A DNA stretch of 32,248 nucleotides. Source: Bacteroidota bacterium. Its GTDB lineage: Bacteria > Bacteroidota > Bacteroidia > Flavobacteriales > Flavobacteriaceae. The notes beneath the pieces are model-generated. The model saw nothing but the letters and a program-made list of their open reading frames with translations. It did no database searches and was not told where the DNA came from. The position numbers and the translations under genes were made by a program. The stretch covers positions 1 through 32,248 of the forward strand of contig JBEBBH010000041.1 in assembly GCA_041158485.1 (NCBI GenBank), in the 5' to 3' direction. Positions 8,498 to 16,948 of the stretch are shown here, in pieces (the first letter of the stretch is position 1; each line of letters opens with the position of its first letter).

Positions 8498-9658
8498 TTA
8501 TAATGTTCCTCGTAACATTTGCTCTCTTTCAATAGATTCAAATAAAGCTTTGAAATTTCCGGCTCCAAAACCTCTGGCACCCATTCTTTGAATGATTTCA
8601 AAGAACAAAGTTGGGCGGTCTTCTACCGGACGGGTAAAGATTTGCAACAAGTAACCTTCGTCGTCTGCATCAATCATGATTCCTAATTTTTGCAGTTCGT
8701 TGATATCTTCTTTGAATTTATTCATATGATCTTTTAATCTATCCGGGATGGCATCGTAGTAGGCTTGTGGTGGAGTAGTTAAGAACTCTATTCCACGCGC
8801 TCTCATTTCGGCTACGGTTTTGATAATGTCGTCGGTGGCTACTGCAATATGTTGCACACCGGCGCCTTCGTAAAAATCTAAGTATTCTTCAATTTGCGAT
8901 TTTTTCTTGCCTTCGGCCGGTTCGTTGATTGGGAATTTGATTCTTCCGTTACCATTACTCATTACTTTACTCATTAAAGCTGAATATTCTGTGGTAATTT
9001 GTTTGTCATCGAACGAAAGGAAGTTTACAAAGCCCATTACATCTTCGTACCATTTTACCCAAGTATTCATTTCGTTCCAACCTACGTTGCCTACCATATG
9101 ATCTACATATTTCAAACCAACCGGCGTCGGATTGTAGTCTGATTTCCATTCTTGGTAGCCCGGAAGGAAAGTTCCATTGTAATTTTTACGCTCTACAAAC
9201 ATGTGTACTGTTTCTCCGTAAGTGTAAATTCCTGCGCGCACTACCTCACCGTGTTCATCTTTTTCAACGGTTGGTTCCATGTATACTTTAGCACCTCTTT
9301 TGGTAGTTTCTGCAAAGGCAGCTCTAGCGTCTTCTACCCAAAGGGCGATAATTTTTACGCCATCGCCGTGTTTTTTTACATGTTCACCAATTGGAGAGTC
9401 GCTGTTCAAAGCAGTGGTTAAAACCAAACGGATTTTATCTTGTTTCAAAACATAGGAAGCCCTGTCGCGCATACCGGTTTCTAGTCCGGCATAAGCCAAC
9501 GATTGGAATCCGAAAGCTGTTTTGTAGAAATGAGCGGCTTGCTTGGCATTTCCGACATAAAATTCTACGTAATCTGTTCCTAATAACGGAAGGAAGTCTT
9601 GCGCTCCTTCAAATATTTTTTCTAAACCGTATTCTACGGATTTGATTTCTTGTGACAT
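8498..9658 (-). CDS. hppD: 4-hydroxyphenylpyruvate dioxygenase
   Basis: DYVEFYVGNAKQAA, DHMVGNV, KFPINEP, SQIEEYL, GVQHIA, YLLQIFT, FFEIIQR, GFGAGNFKALFESIE. Confidence 0.97.
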   Translation of the reverse strand: MSQEIKSVEYGLEKIFEGAQDFLPLLGTDYVEFYVGNAKQAAHFYKTAFGFQSLAYAGLETGMRDRASYVLKQDKIRLVLTTALNSDSPIGEHVKKHGDGVKIIALWVEDARAAFAETTKRGAKVYMEPTVEKDEHGEVVRAGIYTYGETVHMFVERKNYNGTFLPGYQEWKSDYNPTPVGLKYVDHMVGNVGWNEMNTWVKWYEDVMGFVNFLSFDDKQITTEYSALMSKVMSNGNGRIKFPINEPAEGKKKSQIEEYLDFYEGAGVQHIAVATDDIIKTVAEMRARGIEFLTTPPQAYYDAIPDRLKDHMNKFKEDINELQKLGIMIDADDEGYLLQIFTRPVEDRPTLFFEIIQRMGARGFGAGNFKALFESIEREQMLRGTL

Positions 9659-9718
9659 AATTCTTGTATTTAAAAGGGGTAAAGTGAATTACCCAAAGTT
9701 GTGTTTAAAACTTATTTC

Positions 9719-9780
9719 ATAGCCCCGATAGTAGTGGAAATCCTCGTAGAGATTGCAACGGATAGCGGGAAACAGCTCCT
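9719..9780 (+). repeat. Structured intergenic element (Flavo-1-like RNA / REP-like), short form
   Basis: CCCG...CGGG outer stem enclosing GTAGTGGAAATCCT-N5-AGATTGCAACGGA; the core is shared with 24717-24787. The family name is from memory, not from a search. Confidence 0.55.
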
Positions 9781-9805
9781 TTCTTCAACTGAGCTCAGGA
9801 TGATA
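9781..9805 (-). repeat. Degenerate REP-like half element
   Basis: Minus strand TATCATCCTGAGCTCAGTTGAAGAA resembles the GTCATCCTGAGCnnnGTCGAAG repeat I recall from Bacteroidota intergenic regions. Confidence 0.35.
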
Positions 9806-9806
9806 T

Positions 9807-10964
9807 TTATTCCAACCAAGATTGATAATATTTATCATCGGCAATTTTCATGGCTTCTTCGGTCACCATTAACGGTTTGAAAGTGTCTACCATTACGGCC
9901 AATTCCTGAGTGTCTTTTTTACCGATACTTCTTTCGGCAGCGCCAGGATGCGGGCCATGTGGAATTCCGGCTGGGTGTAATGAAATGTGTCCGGCTTCGA
10001 TATCGTTTCGGCTCATAAAGTCACCGTCGACATAATACAATACTTCATCGGAATCGATGTTGCTGTGGTTGTACGGTGCCGGAATAGCTTCAGGATGGTA
10101 ATCGTACAAACGCGGTACGAAAGAGCATACCACAAACGCATCTGTTTCAAACGTTTGGTGTACCGGAGGCGGTTGGTGGATTCTTCCGGTTAGCGGTTCA
10201 AAATCGTGAATGGAAAAAGCGTACGGATAGTTGTAACCATCGTATCCGATGACATCAAACGGATGTGTAGCATAAACCATGTCGAAAATTTCGTCTTTTT
10301 TCTTCACTTTGATGACAAACTCACCTTTTTCGTCATAGGTTTCCAATTCGTAGGGACGACGAATATCGCGTTCACAGAAAGGAGAATGCTCTAACAATTG
10401 TCCGAACCAGTTTCTATAACGTTTTGGAGTGTAAATAGGGCGATGTGATTCTACGATGAACAAGCGATTGTCTTCAGTATCAAAATCCATTTTGTAAATG
10501 ATACCGCGAGGAATAATCAAATAATCGCCGTATTTGAAATCGATATTCCCCAACATGGTTCTCAATTTTCCGGAACCTTTGTGGATGAAAATCATCTCAT
10601 CAGAATCGGTGTTTTTATAAAAATAATCAGTAGTCGATTGTTTTGGTGCGGCCAAAACGATATGGCAATCCGAGTTGGTTAAGACGATTTTGCGGCTTTC
10701 CAAAAAGTCGTTTTCAGGGTTTACTTGAAATCCGCGAAGGCGATAGGATTGGATGTTGTTGGCCTTGGCAATTTTGGGTGCCACGCTGTATTGGTTTCTG
10801 ATTTCTTTTACTTGCGTCGGACGGTGCTCGTGGTAGGAGTTGGTCGACATTCCGTCAAAACCTACGGTGCCGAACAACTGCTCGTAATACAAATCGCCAT
10901 TAGGTTTGCGAAAAATGATGTGTCTTTTGTGAGGGATATTTCCCAATTTATGATATAACGGCAT
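9807..10964 (-). CDS. hmgA: Homogentisate 1,2-dioxygenase (short type)
   Basis: GNIPHKRH, FYKNTDSDEMIFIHKG, GRIHQPPPVHQTF, CSFVPR, PYNHSNIDSDEVLYY, SLHPAGIPHGPHPG, AVMVDTF; adjacent to hppD. Confidence 0.93.
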   Translation of the reverse strand: MPLYHKLGNIPHKRHIIFRKPNGDLYYEQLFGTVGFDGMSTNSYHEHRPTQVKEIRNQYSVAPKIAKANNIQSYRLRGFQVNPENDFLESRKIVLTNSDCHIVLAAPKQSTTDYFYKNTDSDEMIFIHKGSGKLRTMLGNIDFKYGDYLIIPRGIIYKMDFDTEDNRLFIVESHRPIYTPKRYRNWFGQLLEHSPFCERDIRRPYELETYDEKGEFVIKVKKKDEIFDMVYATHPFDVIGYDGYNYPYAFSIHDFEPLTGRIHQPPPVHQTFETDAFVVCSFVPRLYDYHPEAIPAPYNHSNIDSDEVLYYVDGDFMSRNDIEAGHISLHPAGIPHGPHPGAAERSIGKKDTQELAVMVDTFKPLMVTEEAMKIADDKYYQSWLE

Positions 10965-10983
10965 AACTGTAATGTTTTAATTA

Positions 10984-11039
10984 AACAATGTTAAAATGTA
11001 ACAATGGGTTTGTTGTTACATTGTATAATTGATACATTG
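10984..11039. repeat. Inverted pair of degenerate 8-mer tandem repeats
   Basis: AACAATGT-TAAAATGT-AACAATGG (10984-11007) facing TTACATTG-TATAATTG-ATACATTG (11016-11039). Confidence 0.6.
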
Positions 11040-11046
11040 CTTCAAA

Positions 11047-11112
11047 TCACTCAGGATTTCTCTTGATGAGGAATTTTAAATACGCTAATAAACCTTGCCA
11101 CGTCACAGTCAT
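11047..11112 (-). CDS. Candidate micro-ORF, 21 aa (MTVTWQGLLAYLKFLIKRNPE)
   Basis: ATG to TGA read manually; A at -3; lies 10 nt after the upstream micro-ORF and 82 nt before hmgA. Confidence 0.3.
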   Translation of the reverse strand: MTVTWQGLLAYLKFLIKRNPE

Positions 11113-11122
11113 AATCTAAAAA

Positions 11123-11197
11123 CTAATTGTTTTTTAAATTTTTACCGACAATGATTCCCATGCCGAAAGCGGCAATAATGGCTAAAATTATGATCAT
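11123..11197 (-). CDS. Candidate micro-ORF, 24 aa single-TM peptide (MIIILAIIAAFGMGIIVGKNLKNN)
   Basis: ATG to TAG read manually; 18-residue hydrophobic stretch with a basic tail; A-rich leader; GATATTTG promoter-like box at 11217-11224. Confidence 0.45.
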   Translation of the reverse strand: MIIILAIIAAFGMGIIVGKNLKNN

Positions 11198-11226
11198 AAA
11201 ATGATTTTTTACTACACAAATATCTG

Positions 11227-11263
11227 AAAAAAAAATCCAAATTCTTTTTCTGAATTTGGATTT
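11227..11263 (-). terminator. Intrinsic terminator of the permease gene
   Basis: 12-bp perfect stem AAATCCAAATTC / GAATTTGGATTT followed by a T run on the minus strand. Confidence 0.85.
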
Positions 11264-11269
11264 CTTTTA

Positions 11270-12730
11270 TTAAAGTTGGTTGAGGTTTGATTTTCTCTTG
11301 CTGTAGAGGAAGTAAACGGTGATTCCGATGATTCCCCAAACGATGAAAGCAATCCAAGTTTCTTTACGTACAAAGTACATCAAGAACAAATTGAAAGCTA
11401 CTCCTAAAGTTCCTACTAAGTATACTGCCGGAGTTTTATAAGGTCTTTCCAATTCCGGTTTTTTCACTCTTAAAATCATAACCGCTACACATACCATAGC
11501 AAAGGCCAATAAAGTTCCCATGGAACACATTTCACTTACTTTGTTGATGGGTGTCAAAGCTGCCACAATGGAAATGATACCACCTACTAATATGGTGCTT
11601 TTGTGCGGCGTTTTAAAAGTTGGATGTAAAGTTTTGAAGAAGTTAGGCAACAAACCGTCTTTGGCCATTCCTAAGAAGATTCTGGTTTGTCCCAACATCA
11701 TAACCAACATTACGCTGGTCAATCCGGCAGTAGCCGCAAGGGTGATGATGAACACGGCCCAAGTAATTCCGTTTTCACTGAAAGCAGAAGCTACCGGAGC
11801 TGATTTGTCCAATTGGTCATAAGGTACCATACCGGTTAATACTAATGAAACCAAAATGTACAATACAGTACAGATGATTAGTGAAGCTACAATTGCAAAC
11901 GGCACATCTTTTTTAGGGTTAATGGCTTCACCGGCTTGGGTAGAAACGGCATCAAAACCGATGTAAGCGAAAAACACTATAGTAGCGGCTGTTAAAACGC
12001 CTCCAAAACCAAAGCTCACTTTTTCTACGCCATCAATGATTACAGTTTTTTCAGTCGGGATAAATGGTTGCCAGTTGGCAGTGTCTATGTAAAAGGCACC
12101 GGCAATAATCACAAACAAAACCACAGCGACTTTAATGATTACAATGATATTGTTGGTTTTAGCAGCTTCTTTAATACCTTTCACCAAGATATAAGTTACC
12201 AACCAAGTAATTGAAAAGGCGGGTAAATTAAAGGCAAAGCTCGGTGCGCCTTGTCCTAATTCGGCGTATTTTTCGGTGGCAGTTGTAATGTCGTTGCACA
12301 ACCAAATCGGGAAATCAATCCCAAACAAATGAAGCAATTTGACAAAGTAGCCGCTCCAAGCTACCGCTACTGTGGTAGCGCCCATCATGTATTCTAAGAT
12401 TAAATTCCACCCGATGAACCAAGCAAAAAGTTCTCCCACAGTACCGTAGGCATAAGCATAAGCAGAACCTTCAACCGGTAGTACCGATGCAAATTCAGCG
12501 TAACAAAGGGAAGCAAATAAACAGCCGATACCTGCAATTACAAAGGACAAAGCCAAAGCCGGTCCGGCATAATCATGAGCTGCAATACCGGTTAGCGTGA
12601 AAATTCCGCCACCAATAATAGCTCCGATACCCAATGAGGTTAATCCCCATTTTGTCAATACTCTTTTTAAATCGTTTTTTTTCATGTCTGCCTCAAAAGC
12701 AGCCACAGGTTTTACTCTCCAAATTGACAT
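11270..12730 (-). CDS. APC-superfamily amino acid permease (CAT-like)
   Basis: LGIGAIIGGGIF, LCYAEFAS, GSAYAYAY, FFAYIGFDAVST, GEAINPKK, MAKDGLLP; about 12 or more TM segments. Confidence 0.93.
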   Translation of the reverse strand: MSIWRVKPVAAFEADMKKNDLKRVLTKWGLTSLGIGAIIGGGIFTLTGIAAHDYAGPALALSFVIAGIGCLFASLCYAEFASVLPVEGSAYAYAYGTVGELFAWFIGWNLILEYMMGATTVAVAWSGYFVKLLHLFGIDFPIWLCNDITTATEKYAELGQGAPSFAFNLPAFSITWLVTYILVKGIKEAAKTNNIIVIIKVAVVLFVIIAGAFYIDTANWQPFIPTEKTVIIDGVEKVSFGFGGVLTAATIVFFAYIGFDAVSTQAGEAINPKKDVPFAIVASLIICTVLYILVSLVLTGMVPYDQLDKSAPVASAFSENGITWAVFIITLAATAGLTSVMLVMMLGQTRIFLGMAKDGLLPNFFKTLHPTFKTPHKSTILVGGIISIVAALTPINKVSEMCSMGTLLAFAMVCVAVMILRVKKPELERPYKTPAVYLVGTLGVAFNLFLMYFVRKETWIAFIVWGIIGITVYFLYSKRKSNLNQL

Positions 12731-12757
12731 AAATAGTTTGGTTTAGTTAATAGATTC

Positions 12758-12765
12758 CAAATATA
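12758..12765 (-). promoter_or_regulatory. Sigma-A -7 box (TATATTTG) of the permease
   Basis: Exact match; implies a 5' UTR of about 22 nt. Confidence 0.7.
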
Positions 12766-12819
12766 GTTTTTTCTGTTTCAAAAATCACAAAAATATAATT
12801 TTTGATGTTTGATTAGGCA

Positions 12820-15033
12820 TCAGAACCAAAATCCCACACTGATAAAAGTAAAGCCACGGTTCAATTCGGGCGACCAAGTGTATTTTACTTCTACCGGGCC
12901 GATAACTGACTCCAAGGCATAGCCAACTGCATAACCGTTGTAGGTTGGTTTCGAAAGCCAATTCCCGGTTCTGAATAAATCATCGGAAATGTTGGCATAG
13001 TTGGCAGCAAAATTGAAGTGATTTTTTTTATAAAATTCGTAGTCAACGGTAAAGCAGGATTTGATGTAACTGTCGGCTGATAAACTCAAAAAGTCATACC
13101 CGTAAAAATGCTTGAAATTATTGATGGTGTTAAAGCCGTATCCGCCTAAAACGAAATCAAAAAAGTGAACACTTTCATTGCCAATGGTGAATCCGAGTTC
13201 GGATTGTGCTTTCAACGTAATTTTTTTATGAAACGATTTCACGAAACCAACTTCTCCTTTGGCGATTGAAAAACGATTGAATTCACGGGTGTAATCTGAG
13301 GAATACAAAAACGATTGAATGTCACCCGACAAAAACCAACCTTTTTTAGGAAACAATTTGTTGTCGAAGGAATCGAATTTCATATACCCAAAAATACTGG
13401 TGTAAAGGCTATTTTCAAAAACCGGATTCACGGTGCCTAAGTTTTCCGATTTGATTTTAATATTTTTTAATTCTACTCCGCCGCCAATGAGGAATTTTTG
13501 CATAAAAACGGTTTGCATGTAGGCTTGATTGGTAAAATCCGAAAAGTCGATGTTGATACTGTTCAAGCCCAATTGGCCTAAAATGACACCGTCTCGAAAG
13601 TCGGTTGACACATTTCTGTTGAATTTGTTGTATCTCGATTTCAAACCGAAACTCCAGTAAAATCCGTTGTCAATATAATAATCTAAGTTGTAACGAATGT
13701 TGTCGCCCAATCCTAAATCCAAGGAAACCACATCATTTTTGAAGAGCGATTTTTTCTGCGTAATGTTGGTTAACAACGCACTTTTGTACAAACCGTCATA
13801 ATGTAATCCAAACTTTAAGAACGTTTTAATATTATTTTCGGTGAGGTTCAATTTCAATTCGTCTGCGCCTTGATAAGGTTCGATGGTATAACTGATGCGA
13901 CTAAAGTTTTGCGTGGCATTGATATTGTTCACGCCGGTTTTCAAATCGTCATAGCTTATTTTTTTACCGTTTTTAAAGCGCAATTTTCCCAAAATGTACG
14001 CACGAGTGTAATTCTCCAAACGATTAAGACTAATGCTTTTGATGAACAGCGAGTCACTTTTAACCGGATGTTGGTTTAATACATATTTTTCTTCCGGATT
14101 GGCCAACTTTTTAATTTTATCAATTTCTAACATGGCGGCAATTTCTCCTTTTTGGATGATTGCTTTCCCTTCATTGAAAGAGATTACGCCGTAATTGGAA
14201 ATGTCCGGTTTGATGTAAATATCCGTGATTTTCTTTTTCTCGTTCATGCTTTTAATCATGTCCAAGTTGGTAATTTGCACCAAAATTCTGGTAGCATCTT
14301 TTAAAGCGTCTCGGTTTTTTAAATCATCTTGAACGTCAACGCCAATAATGATGTCGGCGCCCATTTTTCTGACTTCTTCCGCAGGATAATTATTCACGAC
14401 ACCACCGTCAATTAATACTCTTCCGTCTATTTCAACCGGTGAAAATAAGGATGGAAACGCAGAACTGGCCAGTAATGCTTGCGCTAAATAACCTTCTTTT
14501 AAAAGAATTCCTTCGCCGGTTTCTATATCGGTGGCTACACATAAAAACGGAATCGGCAATTTGTCGAATTCTCGGATATGGCGGACTTTATGCGTTAATT
14601 TCGACAATAAATTATAGTTGTACATGCCTTTGGAAAGCGCAATGGGAATTCCGATTTTGAATTTATGAAAAGGCAAAGTCAGCGCATACATTTCGTCATT
14701 TCGCTTTTCGTAAAAGCTTTTAGAAGAACGCGGAATGTAATCTTGCAATAATTCGTCGAAATTGGTATGGTAAAAAATAGAATCGATTTGCGTCGCGCTG
14801 TAACCGGAAGCATACAATCCGCCAACTACGGCACCCATACTGGTTCCGCCAATGTAATCAATTTTAACGCCGGCTTCTTCCAATACTTTCAAAACACCGA
14901 TATGGGCAAATCCTTTAGCACCGCCACCACTCAAAACCAAACCGATTTTCGGTCTTTTGGTTTGTGTTGAATCTTGCGCCATACTTACTTGAAAACAAAA
15001 AAGTCCAAGCAGCAGCAGTGTAATTTTTTTCAT
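12820..15033 (-). CDS. Patatin-like phospholipase fused to a POTRA/beta-barrel region (PlpD-like, type Vd)
   Basis: Signal peptide, LSGGGAKG, GTSMG nucleophile, DGG motif; C-terminal amphipathic beta strands ending ISVGFWF. Confidence 0.85.
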   Translation of the reverse strand: MKKITLLLLGLFCFQVSMAQDSTQTKRPKIGLVLSGGGAKGFAHIGVLKVLEEAGVKIDYIGGTSMGAVVGGLYASGYSATQIDSIFYHTNFDELLQDYIPRSSKSFYEKRNDEMYALTLPFHKFKIGIPIALSKGMYNYNLLSKLTHKVRHIREFDKLPIPFLCVATDIETGEGILLKEGYLAQALLASSAFPSLFSPVEIDGRVLIDGGVVNNYPAEEVRKMGADIIIGVDVQDDLKNRDALKDATRILVQITNLDMIKSMNEKKKITDIYIKPDISNYGVISFNEGKAIIQKGEIAAMLEIDKIKKLANPEEKYVLNQHPVKSDSLFIKSISLNRLENYTRAYILGKLRFKNGKKISYDDLKTGVNNINATQNFSRISYTIEPYQGADELKLNLTENNIKTFLKFGLHYDGLYKSALLTNITQKKSLFKNDVVSLDLGLGDNIRYNLDYYIDNGFYWSFGLKSRYNKFNRNVSTDFRDGVILGQLGLNSINIDFSDFTNQAYMQTVFMQKFLIGGGVELKNIKIKSENLGTVNPVFENSLYTSIFGYMKFDSFDNKLFPKKGWFLSGDIQSFLYSSDYTREFNRFSIAKGEVGFVKSFHKKITLKAQSELGFTIGNESVHFFDFVLGGYGFNTINNFKHFYGYDFLSLSADSYIKSCFTVDYEFYKKNHFNFAANYANISDDLFRTGNWLSKPTYNGYAVGYALESVIGPVEVKYTWSPELNRGFTFISVGFWF

Positions 15034-15042
15034 AAACAGAGG

Positions 15043-16842
15043 TTAGGATTTCCCGATGTTGTAAAATTCGGAAATTTTTTTGGCTTTTGACGCACCAATA
15101 ACCTCAGAAATTTCTTTTTCTGTAGCCGATTGCAATCTTTTAACACTTTTGAAATGTTTTAGTAAAGCCAACATGGTTTTTTCACCTATGCCCGGAATGG
15201 TTTCCATAGAGGTTTGTAAGGCCGATTTGCTGCGTTTGTCACGATGGTGTGTAATCCCGAAACGGTGTGCTTCGTTGCGCAAATGTTGGATGATTTTCAA
15301 GGTTTCCGACTTTTTATCCAGGTACAACGGTACCGAATCGCCGGGATAAAACAGTTCTTCCAGTCGTTTGGCAATGCCGATAATGGCAATTTTCCCGCGT
15401 AAACCCAATTCGTCTAAGCTTTTGAGTGCCGATGACAATTGGCCTTTGCCGCCGTCGATGATAATGAGTTGCGGCAGGGGTTGGTTTTCGTCCAATAAGC
15501 GTTTGTATCGACGATACACCACTTCTTCCATTGAAGCAAAGTCGTTCGGACCTTCTACGGTTTTGATGTTGAAATGACGGTAATCTTTCTTGCTTGGTTT
15601 CCCGTCTTTAAAAACCACACAGGCCGAAACCGGATTGGTTCCTTGGATATTCGAGTTGTCAAAACATTCAATGTGACGCGGTTCTGAAGGCAATCGCAGG
15701 TCTTTTTGCATTTGCGCCATAATACGGTTGGTATGGCGTTCGGGATCTACAATTTGCAGCTGCTTTAATTGTTCCAAACGTTGGTATTTGGCGTTGCGTT
15801 GCGAGAGTTCGAGGATTTGTTTTTTGTCGCCGAGTTGTGGTACGGTGACTTTTATTTTGTCGCCGAAATCGAGTTCGAACGGCAAGATAATTTCTTTAGA
15901 AGTTAAGTGAAAACGCTCTCGCAATTCAACCACAGCCAATTCCAATAATTCTTCATCGGTTTCGTCGAGTTTCTTTTTGATTTCCATCGTATGCGAACGA
16001 ATAATCGCGCCGTGTGCAATTTGAAGAAAGTTCACAAATGCCATCGATTCATCTGAAACGATAGAAAAAACATCTATGTTGGAAATTTTCGGATTTAAAA
16101 TGGTGGAACGCGATTGGTAGTTTTCGAGCACTTCAATCTTTTCTTTGATTTTTTGAGCGGCTTCAAACTTCATATCAGCCGCCAATTCCAGCATCAATTT
16201 TTTAAAATCGCGCAAACTGTCTTTAAAATTACCTTTTAGAATTTCGCGTATAGCGTCTACTTGTTTTTGGTAATGTTCTAACGATTCATAGCCTTCACAC
16301 GGTCCTTTGCAGTTGCCGATGTGGTATTCCAAGCAAACCTTGTATTTTCCGGATTGAATATTGGCTTTAGATAAATCATAATTGCATGTCCGCAACGGAT
16401 ACAGTGCCGCAATCATATCCAAAATGGTATTGACCGTCTTGAAATTGGTGTACGGGCCAAAATATTCCGAGCCGTCTTTGACCATTCTGCGCGTGGGAAA
16501 TATTCTGGAGAAAGGTTCTTTTTTGATGCAAATCCACGGATAGGTTTTGTCGTCTTTAAGCAACACATTATAGCGCGGTTGCAGTTTTTTGATGAGGTTG
16601 TTTTCCAACAACAGCGCATCGGCTTCGGAAGCGACAACGATGTGCTTGATTTCCACAATTTTCCGAACCAACACATTGGTCTTGGCGTTGTCGTGGACTT
16701 TATGAAAATAAGAAGAAACCCTTTTTTTGAGGTTTTTGGCTTTGCCGACATATAAAATTTTTCCGGCCGCATCGTAATACTGATAAACACCCGGACTGTC
16801 GGGCAAGGTTTGCAATTGCAATTCAATAGAAGGCGTTTCCAT
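15043..16842 (-). CDS. uvrC: Excinuclease ABC subunit C
   Basis: GIY-YIG domain (PGVYQY..LYVGKAKNL), PRYNVLLKDDKTYP, IECFDNSN, LIIIDGGKGQL, RNEAHRFG, HhH IPGIGEK. Start set at METPS (16842). Confidence 0.97.
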   Translation of the reverse strand: METPSIELQLQTLPDSPGVYQYYDAAGKILYVGKAKNLKKRVSSYFHKVHDNAKTNVLVRKIVEIKHIVVASEADALLLENNLIKKLQPRYNVLLKDDKTYPWICIKKEPFSRIFPTRRMVKDGSEYFGPYTNFKTVNTILDMIAALYPLRTCNYDLSKANIQSGKYKVCLEYHIGNCKGPCEGYESLEHYQKQVDAIREILKGNFKDSLRDFKKLMLELAADMKFEAAQKIKEKIEVLENYQSRSTILNPKISNIDVFSIVSDESMAFVNFLQIAHGAIIRSHTMEIKKKLDETDEELLELAVVELRERFHLTSKEIILPFELDFGDKIKVTVPQLGDKKQILELSQRNAKYQRLEQLKQLQIVDPERHTNRIMAQMQKDLRLPSEPRHIECFDNSNIQGTNPVSACVVFKDGKPSKKDYRHFNIKTVEGPNDFASMEEVVYRRYKRLLDENQPLPQLIIIDGGKGQLSSALKSLDELGLRGKIAIIGIAKRLEELFYPGDSVPLYLDKKSETLKIIQHLRNEAHRFGITHHRDKRSKSALQTSMETIPGIGEKTMLALLKHFKSVKRLQSATEKEISEVIGASKAKKISEFYNIGKS

Positions 16843-16847
16843 ACCAA

Positions 16848-16855
16848 CAAAGTTA
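16848..16855 (-). promoter_or_regulatory. Sigma-A -7 box (TAACTTTG) of uvrC
   Basis: Exact match only 5 nt before the ATG. Confidence 0.65.
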
Positions 16856-16925
16856 AGCGAAATTGCCTGAAAAGCAAGAACTGTCAAGCCTAACATTTAT
16901 CATGTTTTTTTCGTGAACGATGCTC

Positions 16926-16933
16926 TAGCTTTG
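16926..16933 (+). promoter_or_regulatory. Sigma-A -7 box (TAGCTTTG) of the decarboxylase operon
   Basis: Exact match 15 nt before ATG 16949; divergent from the uvrC promoter. Confidence 0.6.
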
Positions 16934-16948
16934 CCAAAATTTTTAAGG

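Noticed and set aside
11142-11357. 71-aa minus-strand ORF in the track
   Set aside because: It overlaps the permease in another frame and crosses its terminator; the micro-ORFs in other frames are more plausible.
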